NCBI GenBank assembly: GCA_047967505.1
Contig: CM106538.1
DNA from: Dipteris shenzhenensis
Lineage: Eukaryota
DNA: 64,000 nt
Strand: one strand, 5' to 3'
The stretch's first letter is position 1. Each line of letters begins with the position of its first letter. A program made the position numbers and the translations under genes. Below the pieces are notes generated by a model. That model had not been told where the DNA came from. It saw only the letters and a list, made by a program, of their open reading frames with translations, and did not search any database. Positions 26,556 through 38,332 of this stretch are shown here, piece by piece.

Positions 26556-29500
26556 CGTACAGGAGCTGAACCTGTTCGTACATAAGAGGGTACCCATCCG
26601 TATAGCATGACTGTACATTCCATACAGTTTCGTACTTTTGTACAAAGTGTGTTGCGAGCCTTCGTGTGTATTCAAGGTCTTCTTGCAGAGAATTGCAAAA
26701 ATTTGGGGCTTTTGCAATCACACTGCAATTTTGCAGTGAAATTTGGGGCTTTTTCAAGCAGAGTGCAATTTGTGCAACATTTGGCGCTTTTAGACCATTT
26801 GCCCCTTTTTAGTTGCAATTTTAAGCCACAAATTAGGGCTTTTGTATTGAAAGAGCACTTTTGCAAGTTTCAGTTTACACTGCCTTTCTATAAGTGTTTT
26901 GAAGCACTTTTGGCAGGTTTTGGGAGAGATTGGATGCTCTAGCAGATTTCTGACAGAGACATTACAGAGATTTGAGTTGCATTTTCAGCCAGTGTTTGGC
27001 TGTATTTTTTGGGAATTGTGCACTCCATTCCGGGCAAGGGAATTCAGATTTGCATTTGCTGTATTTTCTTTCTTAGACATGGCCCAGTAAAATCAGAATG
27101 ATTTCCAGTTCAGTGGTCTCTCACAAGAAGATAAGCTGGATGGTACCAACTACTCCCTCTGGAGTTTTATGGTACGCAATATTCTGATTTCCCATAATTT
27201 ATGGGACTATGTAAATGGGGATGAGATCCGGCCAGCAAATGTGGCACCTAATATCCCTCCCCAGCAAGGAGGAGGCAGAGGTCGTGCACAGGGTACGGCT
27301 GTAGCACAACTTATCGGTGCAGTTATACCTACCACTCTAGAGCAAAAGAGATGGGATTCACGTGATGCTTTAGCTTTGTCGTGTATTTCTCTTTTAGTGA
27401 AAAGATTCATCATTCCGCATATCCGGTCGTGTAAGACCTCAAAGGCAGCATGGGATATTTTGGAGAGCATATATGCAGCTCAGAATGATGCCAGGGTGTC
27501 TTTTTTGAAAAGAGAATTGTCTCATACACATATGGAAGAGGGTGACTCCGTGTCAGTGCACCTCACAAAGCTACAGGATTTACGAGAGCAATTGCTGAAT
27601 ATTGATGAGATCATTCCTGATTCAGAGATGATTACCACTACTCTGAATTCTCTTCCTGAGTCTTATCTCAGCTTTCATACCGCGCTGAATTTGTCATTGA
27701 GGGGGGGTGCAAATCCTCTCAATTTTCACGAGTTGATAGGACTTCTGTTGCAGGAAGAGCAGACCAGGAAAAACATGGCTTCACGAGCAGGTGAACATGC
27801 CATGCTTTCAAAATTCAAGCCTAAAGTAAAGGGACAAGCAAAGACATCAGCAAATCAGCCTTCTAGTGGTTCAGGACAGCCTTCTCAGAAGGCTAAGGGT
27901 GATGCAGGTAAGCCCAAGAAGAAGGGAATATGTCATTACTGCAAAAAGCCAAGTCACTACATTGGAGAATGCAAGAAGAGGCTTGCAAAAGAAAAGAAAA
28001 ACAGCTCCGGTACGACTGTTTCAGATTCAGCTCCTCATGGATCTGACAATGAGCAAGCTACAGCCAACTTTGTGGAGCACGACTATGCCTTCTTGTCTTG
28101 CATTTCAGACTCTCAGTTGGCTGCTCCGGATATTACAGCCACTTGTAATGATGACTCTTATGCTTTTCTGACATGTGGTTATGATTCTTCCAAGGATGCA
28201 TCAGCTTTCAGTGTCAATGAGACACAAAATACATGGTATTTTGATAGCGGTGCCTCAAAGCATATCACTTCCAAGAAGTGTCTTTTCACATCTCTGCATC
28301 CACCTCCCGTTGGTAAAAAGATCACATGTGCCAACAACTCCTCCTATTCAGTTCATGGTACAGGAGAAGTTAAACTTATAGCCATTGATGGCTCAACATT
28401 CAAAATTTTCTGATGTCTCATATGTACCTGGTATCACAAAAGATCTACTTTCAGTGTCCACTCTTAACAGAGCTGGATTTCAGGTCATTTTTGAAGATGA
28501 CAAGTGTGCAATCCATGACAGAGAAAATGACTATGCCTTGAGATTGTCTGACACTTTGTTACGTGGTCTTTTTCAGCTTGACATTATGAGAAAAGACCAG
28601 CACATGCTCTTGTAGTTTCCACTCCTACTGCTGCTATGTAGAATGTGGAGTTATGGCATGCCAGATATGGACACATGCATTATGGCAGCTTGATGACACT
28701 TCAAAAACATGCTATGGTTAATGCATTGCCTCCTCTTGAAACACCTCCTCCACATGCCTGTGAAGGGTGCATTCTTGGTAAAATGCACAGATTTCCTTTC
28801 AAGAAGGATGGATTAGTAAAAGCTGTTCGAAAATTACAGCTTATTCATAGTGATGTCTGTGGTCCCATGAGGACTCCATCATTGGGTGGTCATCTTTACT
28901 TAGTCACTTTTATAGATGACTACTCCAACTACACTTGGGTTTATGGGTTGAAACGCAAATAAGAAGTGTTTATGGTTTTCAAACACTTTGCAGCCATGGT
29001 TGAAAATGAATCAGGACTCAAGATATAGACATTACGCACAGGTAGAGGAGGGGAGTATTTGTCTGCAGATTTTGATGCATTTTTAAAAGACAAGGGCATT
29101 GCACATCAGGTTACAGTGAGGCTAACACCTCAGCAAAATGGCAAAGCTGAGAGGAAAAATCATACTGTTATGGAGATGGATAGATGCATGCTAAAAAGCA
29201 AAAAATTGCCTCACAAATTTTGGCTTGAAGGTTTCATGTGTGCCAATTATGTTTTGAATCGGGCTCCCACAAAAGCTTTAAGACCAAGACTCCCTATGAA
29301 GTTTGGCAAAGGAGAAAGCCTTCTGTGGATCATTTTCGTGTTTTTGGATGCCTTGCATATGCTCATGTGCCCATTGAGTTTCGGCATAAGTTGTCTGATA
29401 AGGCAATCAAATGCATTTTTGTTGGGTACAGTGCAGAGAGCAAGGGCTACCGTCTCTACAATCCTGTCACACACAAGATTATTGTCAGTAGAGATGTTAT

Positions 29501-31792
29501 ATTTTCAGAAAATTCAGCTCACACTCAAGCTGAATTTAATATGCCTACTTCTTCCGATGATGTCTTTGAGGGATTACTACCCATTGCCTTGGGTTCCCCT
29601 GCTGATATATTTGATGCAAATCACAATTTACAGATACCTCCACATGCTCTGATTCAGCCACAGGATGTCTTACCACCTCCACAAGCAGTGGAAGAGGTTG
29701 TTCAGCAAGAAATTGCAAATATACATGCAGCAAAAACAGTTCCAAATTGGCTGTTACAAACTCTTAGGGAGAGTAAAATTGATGCTTCATTACCTCGCAG
29801 AACTTGGAGTGCAGTAAGGCATGGGGGAGGAGCACTTTCAGTTGAATCAGCTTATGCAGGTACTCTTCTTGATGAGGAGGAGCCTGAGACATTTGAAGAG
29901 GCACAGGATAAAGTGCATTGGATGAATGCCATGCACGATGAATTGCAGTCCATTCAGAAAAATCAGACATGGGAAGTTGTCGATTTGCCACCAGGCAAAC
30001 ATGCCATAGGTACATGGTGGGTTTTCAAAGTCAAAAGAAAGCCAAATGGGTCTGTTGATCAGTACAAGGCAAGGCTGGTTGCAAAAGGATATGCTCAAAA
30101 AAAGGGCATAGACTATGAGGAGACTTTTGCTTCTACATCCAGAATGACAACCATCCGGTCAGTTATAGCCATGGTTGCAAACTTTGAATGGAATGTTCAT
30201 CAGTTGGACATTAAAACAGCTTTCCTTAATGGAGACTTGTTGGAAGAGGTTTATGTCAAACAACCTCCGGGCTTTGAAATTTCAGGAAATGCACTTCAAG
30301 TATGCAAGCTGAATAAAGCTTTGTATGGGCTGAAACAAGCCCCACGTGCATGGTATTCCAAAATTCATGCCTTTCTGACCAGCAAGGGGCTGCACAATAG
30401 TCCAACTGAGAGCACCCTCTACATCAAGAAGGATAGGGGGGATATTTTAGTCATCATTCTTTATGTAGATGACTTACTGCTCACAGGGTCAAATGAGGAT
30501 AATATTGAAGATTTTAAAGCTGAATTGCAAACCACTTTTGACATGTCAGATTTATGGCTACTACACTTTTATTTGGGGATCCAGTTCACTTAAGAGAAAA
30601 GTGGCATCGCTATGTCTCAATCCATGTATGTGTAGAAACTCTTTGACAGATTCAACATGTAGGATTGTAAGCCCATAGTTACTCCCATGGAGCCGGGGCT
30701 GAAGCTTACAATGCATGATGCACGTGAATCAATTGATGTCACACTCTACAGCCAGGCTATTGGATGCCTCATTTATCTCTGCAATACACGACCTGATATT
30801 GAGTTTGCAGTTTCTCAGGTGACCAGATATATGCACAGCCCAAGGACTGCATTGGCAGGCTGTAAAACGCATCTGCCGTTACTTTCAAGGTACCAAGTCT
30901 TTTGGCTTGATGTTTCCCAGGGGGGGTGACTTGCAGATGCATGCCTACAGTGACTCAGATTGGGTTGGAGACTATGACACTAGGCAATCCACAAGTGGCA
31001 ATTGTTTCTTTTTGGCCAAAGCTTGTATTTCTTGGCTAAGCAAGAAACAGTCTACAGTGGCTACCTCCTGATGTGAAACTGAGTATAGGGCAGCTTTCAC
31101 AGCGACAGTTGAATGTGTTTGGCTGCGTCGTTTATTTGCTGATCTTCATCTTTCATTGGAGGGTCCTTCTCCAATTCTCACTGATAGTCGGAGTGCTATT
31201 GCAGTGGCAAAGAATCCTGTGTTTCATGCTCGCATGAAGCACATTGAGGTTCACTATCACTACGTCAGAGAGAAGTTGCATGCAGGAGAGATCAGTATGA
31301 TCTATGTATCAACACATGACAATGTTGCATACATTTTCACCAAAGCACTTCCACGTGAAAAGTTTGAGGCATTTCGCAGTGCCCTGAACTTATCTCCTTT
31401 TGGTGATTGATCATTTCCTTGTACATGACATTGGCATTGTAGGGGGGTGTTAGAATTATTGTTATAATTTAGCTGTGACCAATGTAATGTAATAAGTAGG
31501 TTAGGGGCACTTTTCCCTCATATAGAGGTTTTTCCCCCTAACCACAGTTAGTTCACGAACTACGGTTAGTGAAGGATAAGGTTTTGTCACTTAGACAAAA
31601 TCTATCACACTCTTCAGTTGTAACACACTCTTCTATTGCAACTATTGCTTTCAGCTCTCTACTACCTTCTTGCTCTCCTGCTCTCACACTCTGCTCTCTC
31701 TCTCCCTCTGCAACTCACAGAAGAGGCATTTTGCAAGAACCAGAGAGAGGCTGGTGCAAATATTGCAAGAAGTCTTTGAATCGTGCATTACA
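26556..31792 (+). mobile_element. Second Ty1/copia element of a different family, lacking 5' LTR and PBS
   Basis: Leader, gag-pol 27079-31410, PPT AGGGGGG 31441-31447, 3' LTR starting TGTTAG at 31448; the LTR end (about 31792) is uncertain. Confidence 0.88.
27079..31410 (+). pseudogene. Copia gag-pol with multiple nonsense codons and frameshifts
   Basis: KLDGTNYSLW, CHYCKKPSHYIGEC, WYFDSGASKH, IHSDVCGPM, YKARLVAKGY, LYVDDLL, KHIEVHYHYVRE. Confidence 0.93.
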
Positions 31793-32642
31793 AAGTTCGT
31801 ATGGGGCAAATGTATATAAGTAAGAAAGGGTGGGAATTCTGCTTCCGAGTAAAATATTTCATGATTGTTCGTTTGCTGAAAGGGAAGAAACCGGAAACAG
31901 CTGAAGTCAAGGAGACACATAGGAGACAGATTGGATTTATTCCTATTCAAAGCGGCTGCCGTTTAGAACATTGTGTCCTTTGAGAAGGATTCTCACTTGG
32001 GCATTGCTCCAGCTTCAGAGCAGCACATAATGCTCCACTTCCCAAGTTCACCTTTTCCTTGCTTTCTTGTTGTAGCTGCTTTGCAGGATAGCCACCACGC
32101 TGCTTAAGTATCCTTGAAATCGGGAGAGATACTTCTGCTGCAGCATAATTTTGGACTATTCTTAGTCCTTTTCCTGGTTTAAGCCAAATTTCCTCTGTTA
32201 GTGCGAAGGTGCTATGAAAGCTGACTACTGAATTTTTCAAGTACAATTATTCACTCTACAAGTGTGCATACATGGATATGGATATCTAGATTTGGTGTCC
32301 TGGGTCCCCCATGGCTTCAAGGTGGGACATTTCTGTACTTTCTTGATGCACACAACCACGTTAATTTTGATCCGTGGAAAAGGTTAATATCTACATTCTA
32401 ATAGCACCAGGATTTCACATCTTTGTACTTTTTCTTTGATGCACACCACTAAAAGAATTTTTCTCTGCAAAGGAAAACATTATGAATCTTTTCAGATAAA
32501 GCAAATGGGCATGGAATCATCTTCTTTCTGATTAGCCTTTGCATGATTCTGACATGTACTTTTGGCTGCAGTCAAATTTCATTTCAAGCTCTACAGTGCT
32601 TTAGTTACTTGCTTAGTATGCACTGCCTTTTCTTGTGTATAG

Positions 32643-32745
32643 GTGTTGGGGAAAGCCTTGGGAACTCATGCAACCAACCACACAAGTAGATGGGAAATTG
32701 CTTGTCCATCATAAGGCATCAGATCGACGATGGTGGAGAGCACAG
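32643..32745 (+). CDS. Internal exon of a host gene, At3g26950-like (putative fucosyltransferase/GT23-like)
   Basis: Acceptor ...TTTTCTTGTGTATAG, donor CAG|GTATG; the only open frame reads CWGKPWELMQPTTQVDGKLLVHHKASDRRWWRAQ and ends in phase 0. Family recognised from memory. Confidence 0.8.
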
Positions 32746-33290
32746 GTATGCTTTACCCTTGTTGATTATATCAATTATTAACTTGAATTCCATCTGATCT
32801 GGTTTCTATATCATATATAACATGCGAATTGGGTGGATTTGTGTTGGAATGGCTATGCTGGTATTTCTGCAATGTGAAGGCAAGCCTTAGTTCCTTCCAT
32901 GCCATATGCCTTCTAACCCTTACAAAACAAAAAGAAAATACCTTAACAAAGATCTTTAAACATTTATATGAATTTGAATTTAGACAACATTTGATGATTG
33001 ATAATGGATCATCCCTCAATCTTGACAAAGTGGTTATTTTTGTTAAATCAAAATAGGGGTAGAAGTTTACCACGTGCCAATGGGCTTGAGTGAGAACAGT
33101 CAGCAATCAGAATTGCAAGCAAACCTTACAAGCAGGACAATCAAACTAGAAAACTCAATCCAATGATTTTTGCAATGTGGAGGTTTGAGTCAACAGACTT
33201 GATCAAAACCAAGCCACGATGGAGTATTGAAGTCTTTTCAATCAGAATCATGTCTCCAAAATCACAGCATTTTCATTGTGGGACCCTGAT

Positions 33291-33460
33291 CAAGAAACAC
33301 CAATCTGGTGAGGGAGGCCGCAGAATTCAAAAGACTATCTCCATGATAATCTTGCATTTGGATCATTCTCTGTAACCAAGAAACACCAATCTGGTGAGGG
33401 AGGCTGCAGAATTCAAAAGACTATCTCCATGATAATCTTGCATTTGGATCATTCTCTGTA
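33291..33460. repeat. 86 bp tandem duplication
   Basis: CAAGAAACACCAATCTGG...CATTCTCTGTA at 33291 and 33377. Confidence 0.9.
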
Positions 33461-33464
33461 TCAT

Positions 33465-34660
33465 CAGATCAGCGAGCAAGGATCCCTCCCCTCCTAGGTG
33501 ATTAATGAAAGTCTTGATCTCATGAATGTAGAGCCCAAAGATGTTGGTGAGAGGGGGTATCCTTGCTTCACTCCAGTCGTGCTCTCAATCCAATCTGACA
33601 GGCCTCTAGGGGCCTATACTTTCTCTTTGCTCGACTCATATAGGCTTATCGCTCTCCATCTCTTGGAGTCTCCTGATCATGTGGGCTGGTAGGACTGTGC
33701 CAAAGGCCTTCTAAAAGTCTACAAAGCATACATAGACTTTCTGGGATCTCGATCTTGACTCCTCAACTATGGCCTGTAGGGTAAAGATATCGTCAAAAGT
33801 GAAATGCTGCTTCCGGAAACCAGCATATCGCAAAGATCACTGCCCATGTGCCTCTATGTAAGAGCTAATCTTCCTCTCTAGTACCAATCCATAGATCTTG
33901 GCTAGTGTGTGGCCAATCATGAGGGCGCGGTAGTTCCCGGTGTTCATGGGGTCCCCTGCTTTGTGTATCGGCACAATGGTGGGGGTACTCAAAGTAGGGG
34001 GGAAGCCATGGCATACTACATGGTTGAACATCTACACCAAGATCTCATGCCCATGTGCAAAGTGCTCAATCCGTAGCCCCTCATGGTCTTGGGCTCTTTG
34101 GTTGTAGAGTCGGCATATCACAACTCGCACATTCTGTGCAATGAATAGGATGGCTTTGGTGGGCTTGGGCAGAGATGGCATATCGAGTGGTGCCTCAATC
34201 GGGATGTTGTACATTGAGGTCACATACGTGTGCCAGGCGCCTAGATATGTTATGGGGGATTGGGTGGCTTACCCTCAAAGAGAAGTCCCTATCGAGTAGT
34301 GGGTCAACTACCTGTCATGGATGGGGGTGCATATAGACTGTATCAAGGGTATGGTCAAAGTGTATCTGAACACAGGTGGGGGCCGGCGGGTCTCATCCTC
34401 TAGTTAGCATGGTGGTCGATATAATGATCTCCAAATAGGATTCGTCGGCACCAAGTAGGGAGGGAGTGAGATTATGTACATGTGACACAAAGGATGGGGT
34501 GTCCATCAGGAGTAACCCACTATACTTGTTCCCCCTCCATGTGGAAATCATGTGAACCTGCCGGATAATGGCCATCTGTGAAGGTCATGCAATGCTCCCA
34601 TGTCTAGTAAGGTGTCGGCCGTATCTTGTGACTTGTGGTGCATCCTTTGAGTCTCTCGCT
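33465..34660 (-). mobile_element. Highly degenerate RTE-X-like LINE fragment (end of EN to RT)
   Basis: TIVPIHKAGDPMNTGNYRALMIGHTLAKIYG and a GVKQG motif. Confidence 0.85.
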
Positions 34661-34769
34661 ATGCCAAGCTCTTTTGGTTGTATATCTAGTACTTTGAGGG
34701 AGTCAGCTTCAAAATTAAGTAACCCATGCAGACACTGATTCAAGTCCACAATCGGTGAGCTGCTGCTCC

Positions 34770-35305
34770 TCCCTAACCGTTGCTGCCCCCTCCCTCAGCC
34801 CCTCCCCCTCCCTCTCCCTCAGCCCCTCCCTCCCTCCCTCCCCCTTCCATGCCCTCTCTCCATCTCCCTCTCAACCCGCCCCCTCCCCTCTCAACCCACC
34901 TCCCCTCCCTCGCCTTCTCAGCCCACCCCTCCTCCCCTGCCCCCCTCCCCCTCCCCCTCCCCGCCTCCTCTCCCCGCTCCTTATTGTCCTCTACCCGTCC
35001 CCTTCCACGCCCCTTGCGTCCCTCTCCCTTGCCCCCTGCCCTCTATCCTGCCCCGTTCCCGCTCCCTCTATCCTATCCCGTTCCCGCTCCCTCCCTTGCC
35101 CCTCCCTTGCCCCCTTCTTCCTCCTCTCTCCCTCTCTCTCTCTCAGTCCCTCCCCCTCTCTCTCTTAGCCCCTCCCATTCCCTCTCTCTCTTAGCGCCTT
35201 CTTCCGCCCGTCTCCTTCTCTCTCTGAGCCCCTCCCTCTCTCTCTCCCTCAGCCCCACCCCCTCCTTGCCTCTCTCTTCACTCTACCTCTCCTCCCTTCT
35301 CTTTA
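34770..35305 (+). repeat. Polypyrimidine (C/T) low-complexity tract of about 530 bp
   Basis: Almost entirely C and T on the + strand. Confidence 0.85.
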
Positions 35306-35913
35306 ACATACCCATCTCCGCCAATTATCTTCGTCCCACAGCACTTTTGGGTCGGACGGAGCTTATTTGTGCTCGAATCAGCCTTCTCACCTTGATTGGC
35401 GATGGATTTCCACTCAACCGATCCTACTCCGCTTCCACGGCCGCGAAAACAGTTACATTTTTAGAAGAGGAGTTGCAGCCGCTCAAGAAGGACGTAACAC
35501 TTTCCTGAAGATAGGTTTTCAATGTCACCCCTTATTAAGTAAAAGTTGTAAAAAGGATCATAAGGGAATTTTCATAGAGAAGTCTACTCTACATGTGGGT
35601 TTCTTCAAAAGCCATCCCATTATGTTACTCCCCATTCCCAAAGATTCATGTAAAGATTTGTGTATAAAATAGGCATTGCTATAATACTTTGCATATTTCT
35701 AAGTGAAACTATGTTTTCTTCCAATCCATTTTCGCCATATATTTACATAGTCGCAAGCTTTTTTTTTTCCCCTTAGCTCAGACGGTCGGAAGAATTCGCT
35801 CGGAAAATGGTCGTCCCCCTGTCTCACTCGTTGAACAGGAGGTTTTTTCCCATTGAGGGGTTTGTTTCCGCCACTAGGTCGGGTAAGATGTTCCATGCTA
35901 CATCCTCCCGTTA

Positions 35914-37730
35914 ATGAGGATTGTTAGTTGGAACATACAGGGCCTTGGTGGCATCCCTCATTGCCGCCGTAGACAGCTAATCCAAAATCAACTCTATCGA
36001 GGTGCTACTGGTGGCTCCATTGATGTCTTATTCATTTAGGAGCACAAATTGGATGCTAGAGATTGCACAAAGTTAGGTAGATTACTATCGGGTCGCACAT
36101 TTTAATCACCTGCTTTAGGCACTAGGGGAGATACATACATTTCAAATTTGGACTTTTTTTCCCTTGTTGGTTGGACATGGAGTTATCCTTTCCTCTAGAG
36201 CTCAATGGATTCTTTTTTTGATTTGGGGACGGAAGGTTGGATTCCGCAATCTCTACGCCCCCAATAATAGAGATGATCGTGTTCTGTTTTGGAAGGAGTT
36301 GCTCTCCTAGGCTCCCATATAGCAGATTCTTGGGTCATTGGAGGGGACTTTAACATGGTGAAGTTACCCTCACATAAAAAAGAAAACAGAGAGGGCGGCA
36401 TCCACTCTTTAGAGAGGGCAGCTTGGGATGCATTCCTTTTCAGTTTCAGTGGTAGAGATGTTTGGCTTGATGTTGCCTTTCACACTCAGTTATAGTCACT
36501 TCCATTTTCTTGGTCAAATAGGAGGTCGCAGATGCCTATCAATGCATGGATTGACCGGTTTTATATTGATGATAAAGGAGGATCAATATGCATTACACCT
36601 GGGGTTTCCACTTCGGATCACTTTTTGGTAGTGTTGATGGTTTCAGAGCTGCACTTGAGAGGACGTTTTGTCAGTATTAGGATTCCCGACGCCCTTTATG
36701 CAGAGGAAGACCACACAGAGGCAACTTTGTAGATCTGGGTTTCTCACATGCAGGGTGCAGTGTCCTCTCCTTCACATATGGCAATAGTCTTCTCCAATAT
36801 TAGTGACTTTTACCATTTGGTTGCTGGTACCAAGAGACGTGAGATTCTTAGAGGAGAGATTGGCGTTTGCCAAGAGTTGGCAACCTTGCAAAGGGAAGAG
36901 CGAAAGAGGCCTCATGATGCTTGGATTCAGGAGCGCTTCTTTGCAGCAAGGCCTCAGCAACAGATTTTGTTGGATCCGAGAGCAGAGTATGCCTTTCATG
37001 CACAAGAGTCCTTCTGGATCCAGATGGGAAGTAGAGTCAATAAGCATTTCTCCTCTACTCATGGGCCCAGGCATAGTAGAGAGTGTTTATTGACTCAGAT
37101 GGAGTTTTGCAGTGAGATCCAGATGCCATCATGCGCGTAGCTACATATTTTTATGCCTCCCTTCTCTTAGCGGATCCTGATAGCGAGGCCATAGATGATG
37201 CCAGACAAGTCATATGGTAGTGTATTCCTATGTTGGTGAAACTAGAACTGAGAGTCTCTCTTTATTCACCTTTCACCAACATAGAGCTCAAGTCTACGCT
37301 TCTTACCCTCCATAAGGGGAAGTGCCCAGGTTCAGACAGGCTTACATCCTCTTTTTTCCTAACCCTTTGGTATATGATTGGGAATCACATCATCTCAGCC
37401 TTGCATGGTGTTTGAGACTCTGGTGAGATGCCTGACTTACTTACAGAGGGTCTAGTACATCTAATCCCTAAAGGGGGGTTCATAAATTTAGTGTCATAGT
37501 GGAGACCTATCACATTATTGGGCACTTGCAATAAAATCCATACTTCCAAATCTTATCCATGATATGCAAGCGGGATTTGTTCATGGCAGAAGCATCTTTT
37601 ATTATATTTTCTCTTTTTGGGAAGTTTCTGAGTGGGCCATGCAAAGCGGACAGAAACCAGCCATTCTTCTCTTGGACTTCGAAAAAGCCTATGATAGGGT
37701 AGATTAGGATTTCTTGGAGCTGTGCTTCCA
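35914..37730 (+). mobile_element. Degenerate L1-clade LINE ORF2 (APE endonuclease to start of RT)
   Basis: MRIVSWNIQGL, WVIGGDFNMV, IDRFYI, SDHF, KCPGSD, RPITLL, LDFEKAYDRV. Confidence 0.85.
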
Positions 37731-38332
37731 CAAAGCATGAGTCATGGAACCCCCTTCTATTTGATTTGATGATAAGGGATCAGATGTTCATGATGATGGA
37801 AGAGCGGTTGGGGGAATAGGGGAAGGAGCCGTGGATCACACATGGAACACACATTTGCTTTTTAGTGGCTTTCTCTCCTAATAGGTGAGGTCTATGCCTT
37901 GCATCGGCAATGACTTGCTTAGGTCTAAAGGAGTAGCTTAGGCGTACATTGGTTACTATATTAGTGCACCAATCCACTAGGCGTGGAGACTTTTTTTTTG
38001 CAGTGGGCCCTAAGGTATGCCTAGAGCTAGTCAATCCTTTGTGCAGAAATACAGCAAACTGAACAAGTAAAATCTCACCACCATGTTCCTACCCCTCTCC
38101 TCGTCGCATGCTTGAATTGCTTTGTGCTGCATCCCATTAGATATGAAGGAGGTCAATTGCTGCGGGAGCGGGACATCTTTGGGTTTCCATCGCTCCCACC
38201 CCTCCTCTCTCTCCTTCTCTCCCGCTTTAAACCCTTCAGCCTGCCATCTCTTATCTCCTCCTCTCGCCCCTCTACCTTTTGCCTTATTCTTGGTTGCATG
38301 AGCTCCTTATTGTCTTGAAATGTTCTAGTCAT

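Noticed and set aside
34755-35508. Pro/Ser/Leu-rich ORFs resembling extensins
   Set aside because: Translation of a C/T low-complexity tract that cannot form many stop codons.
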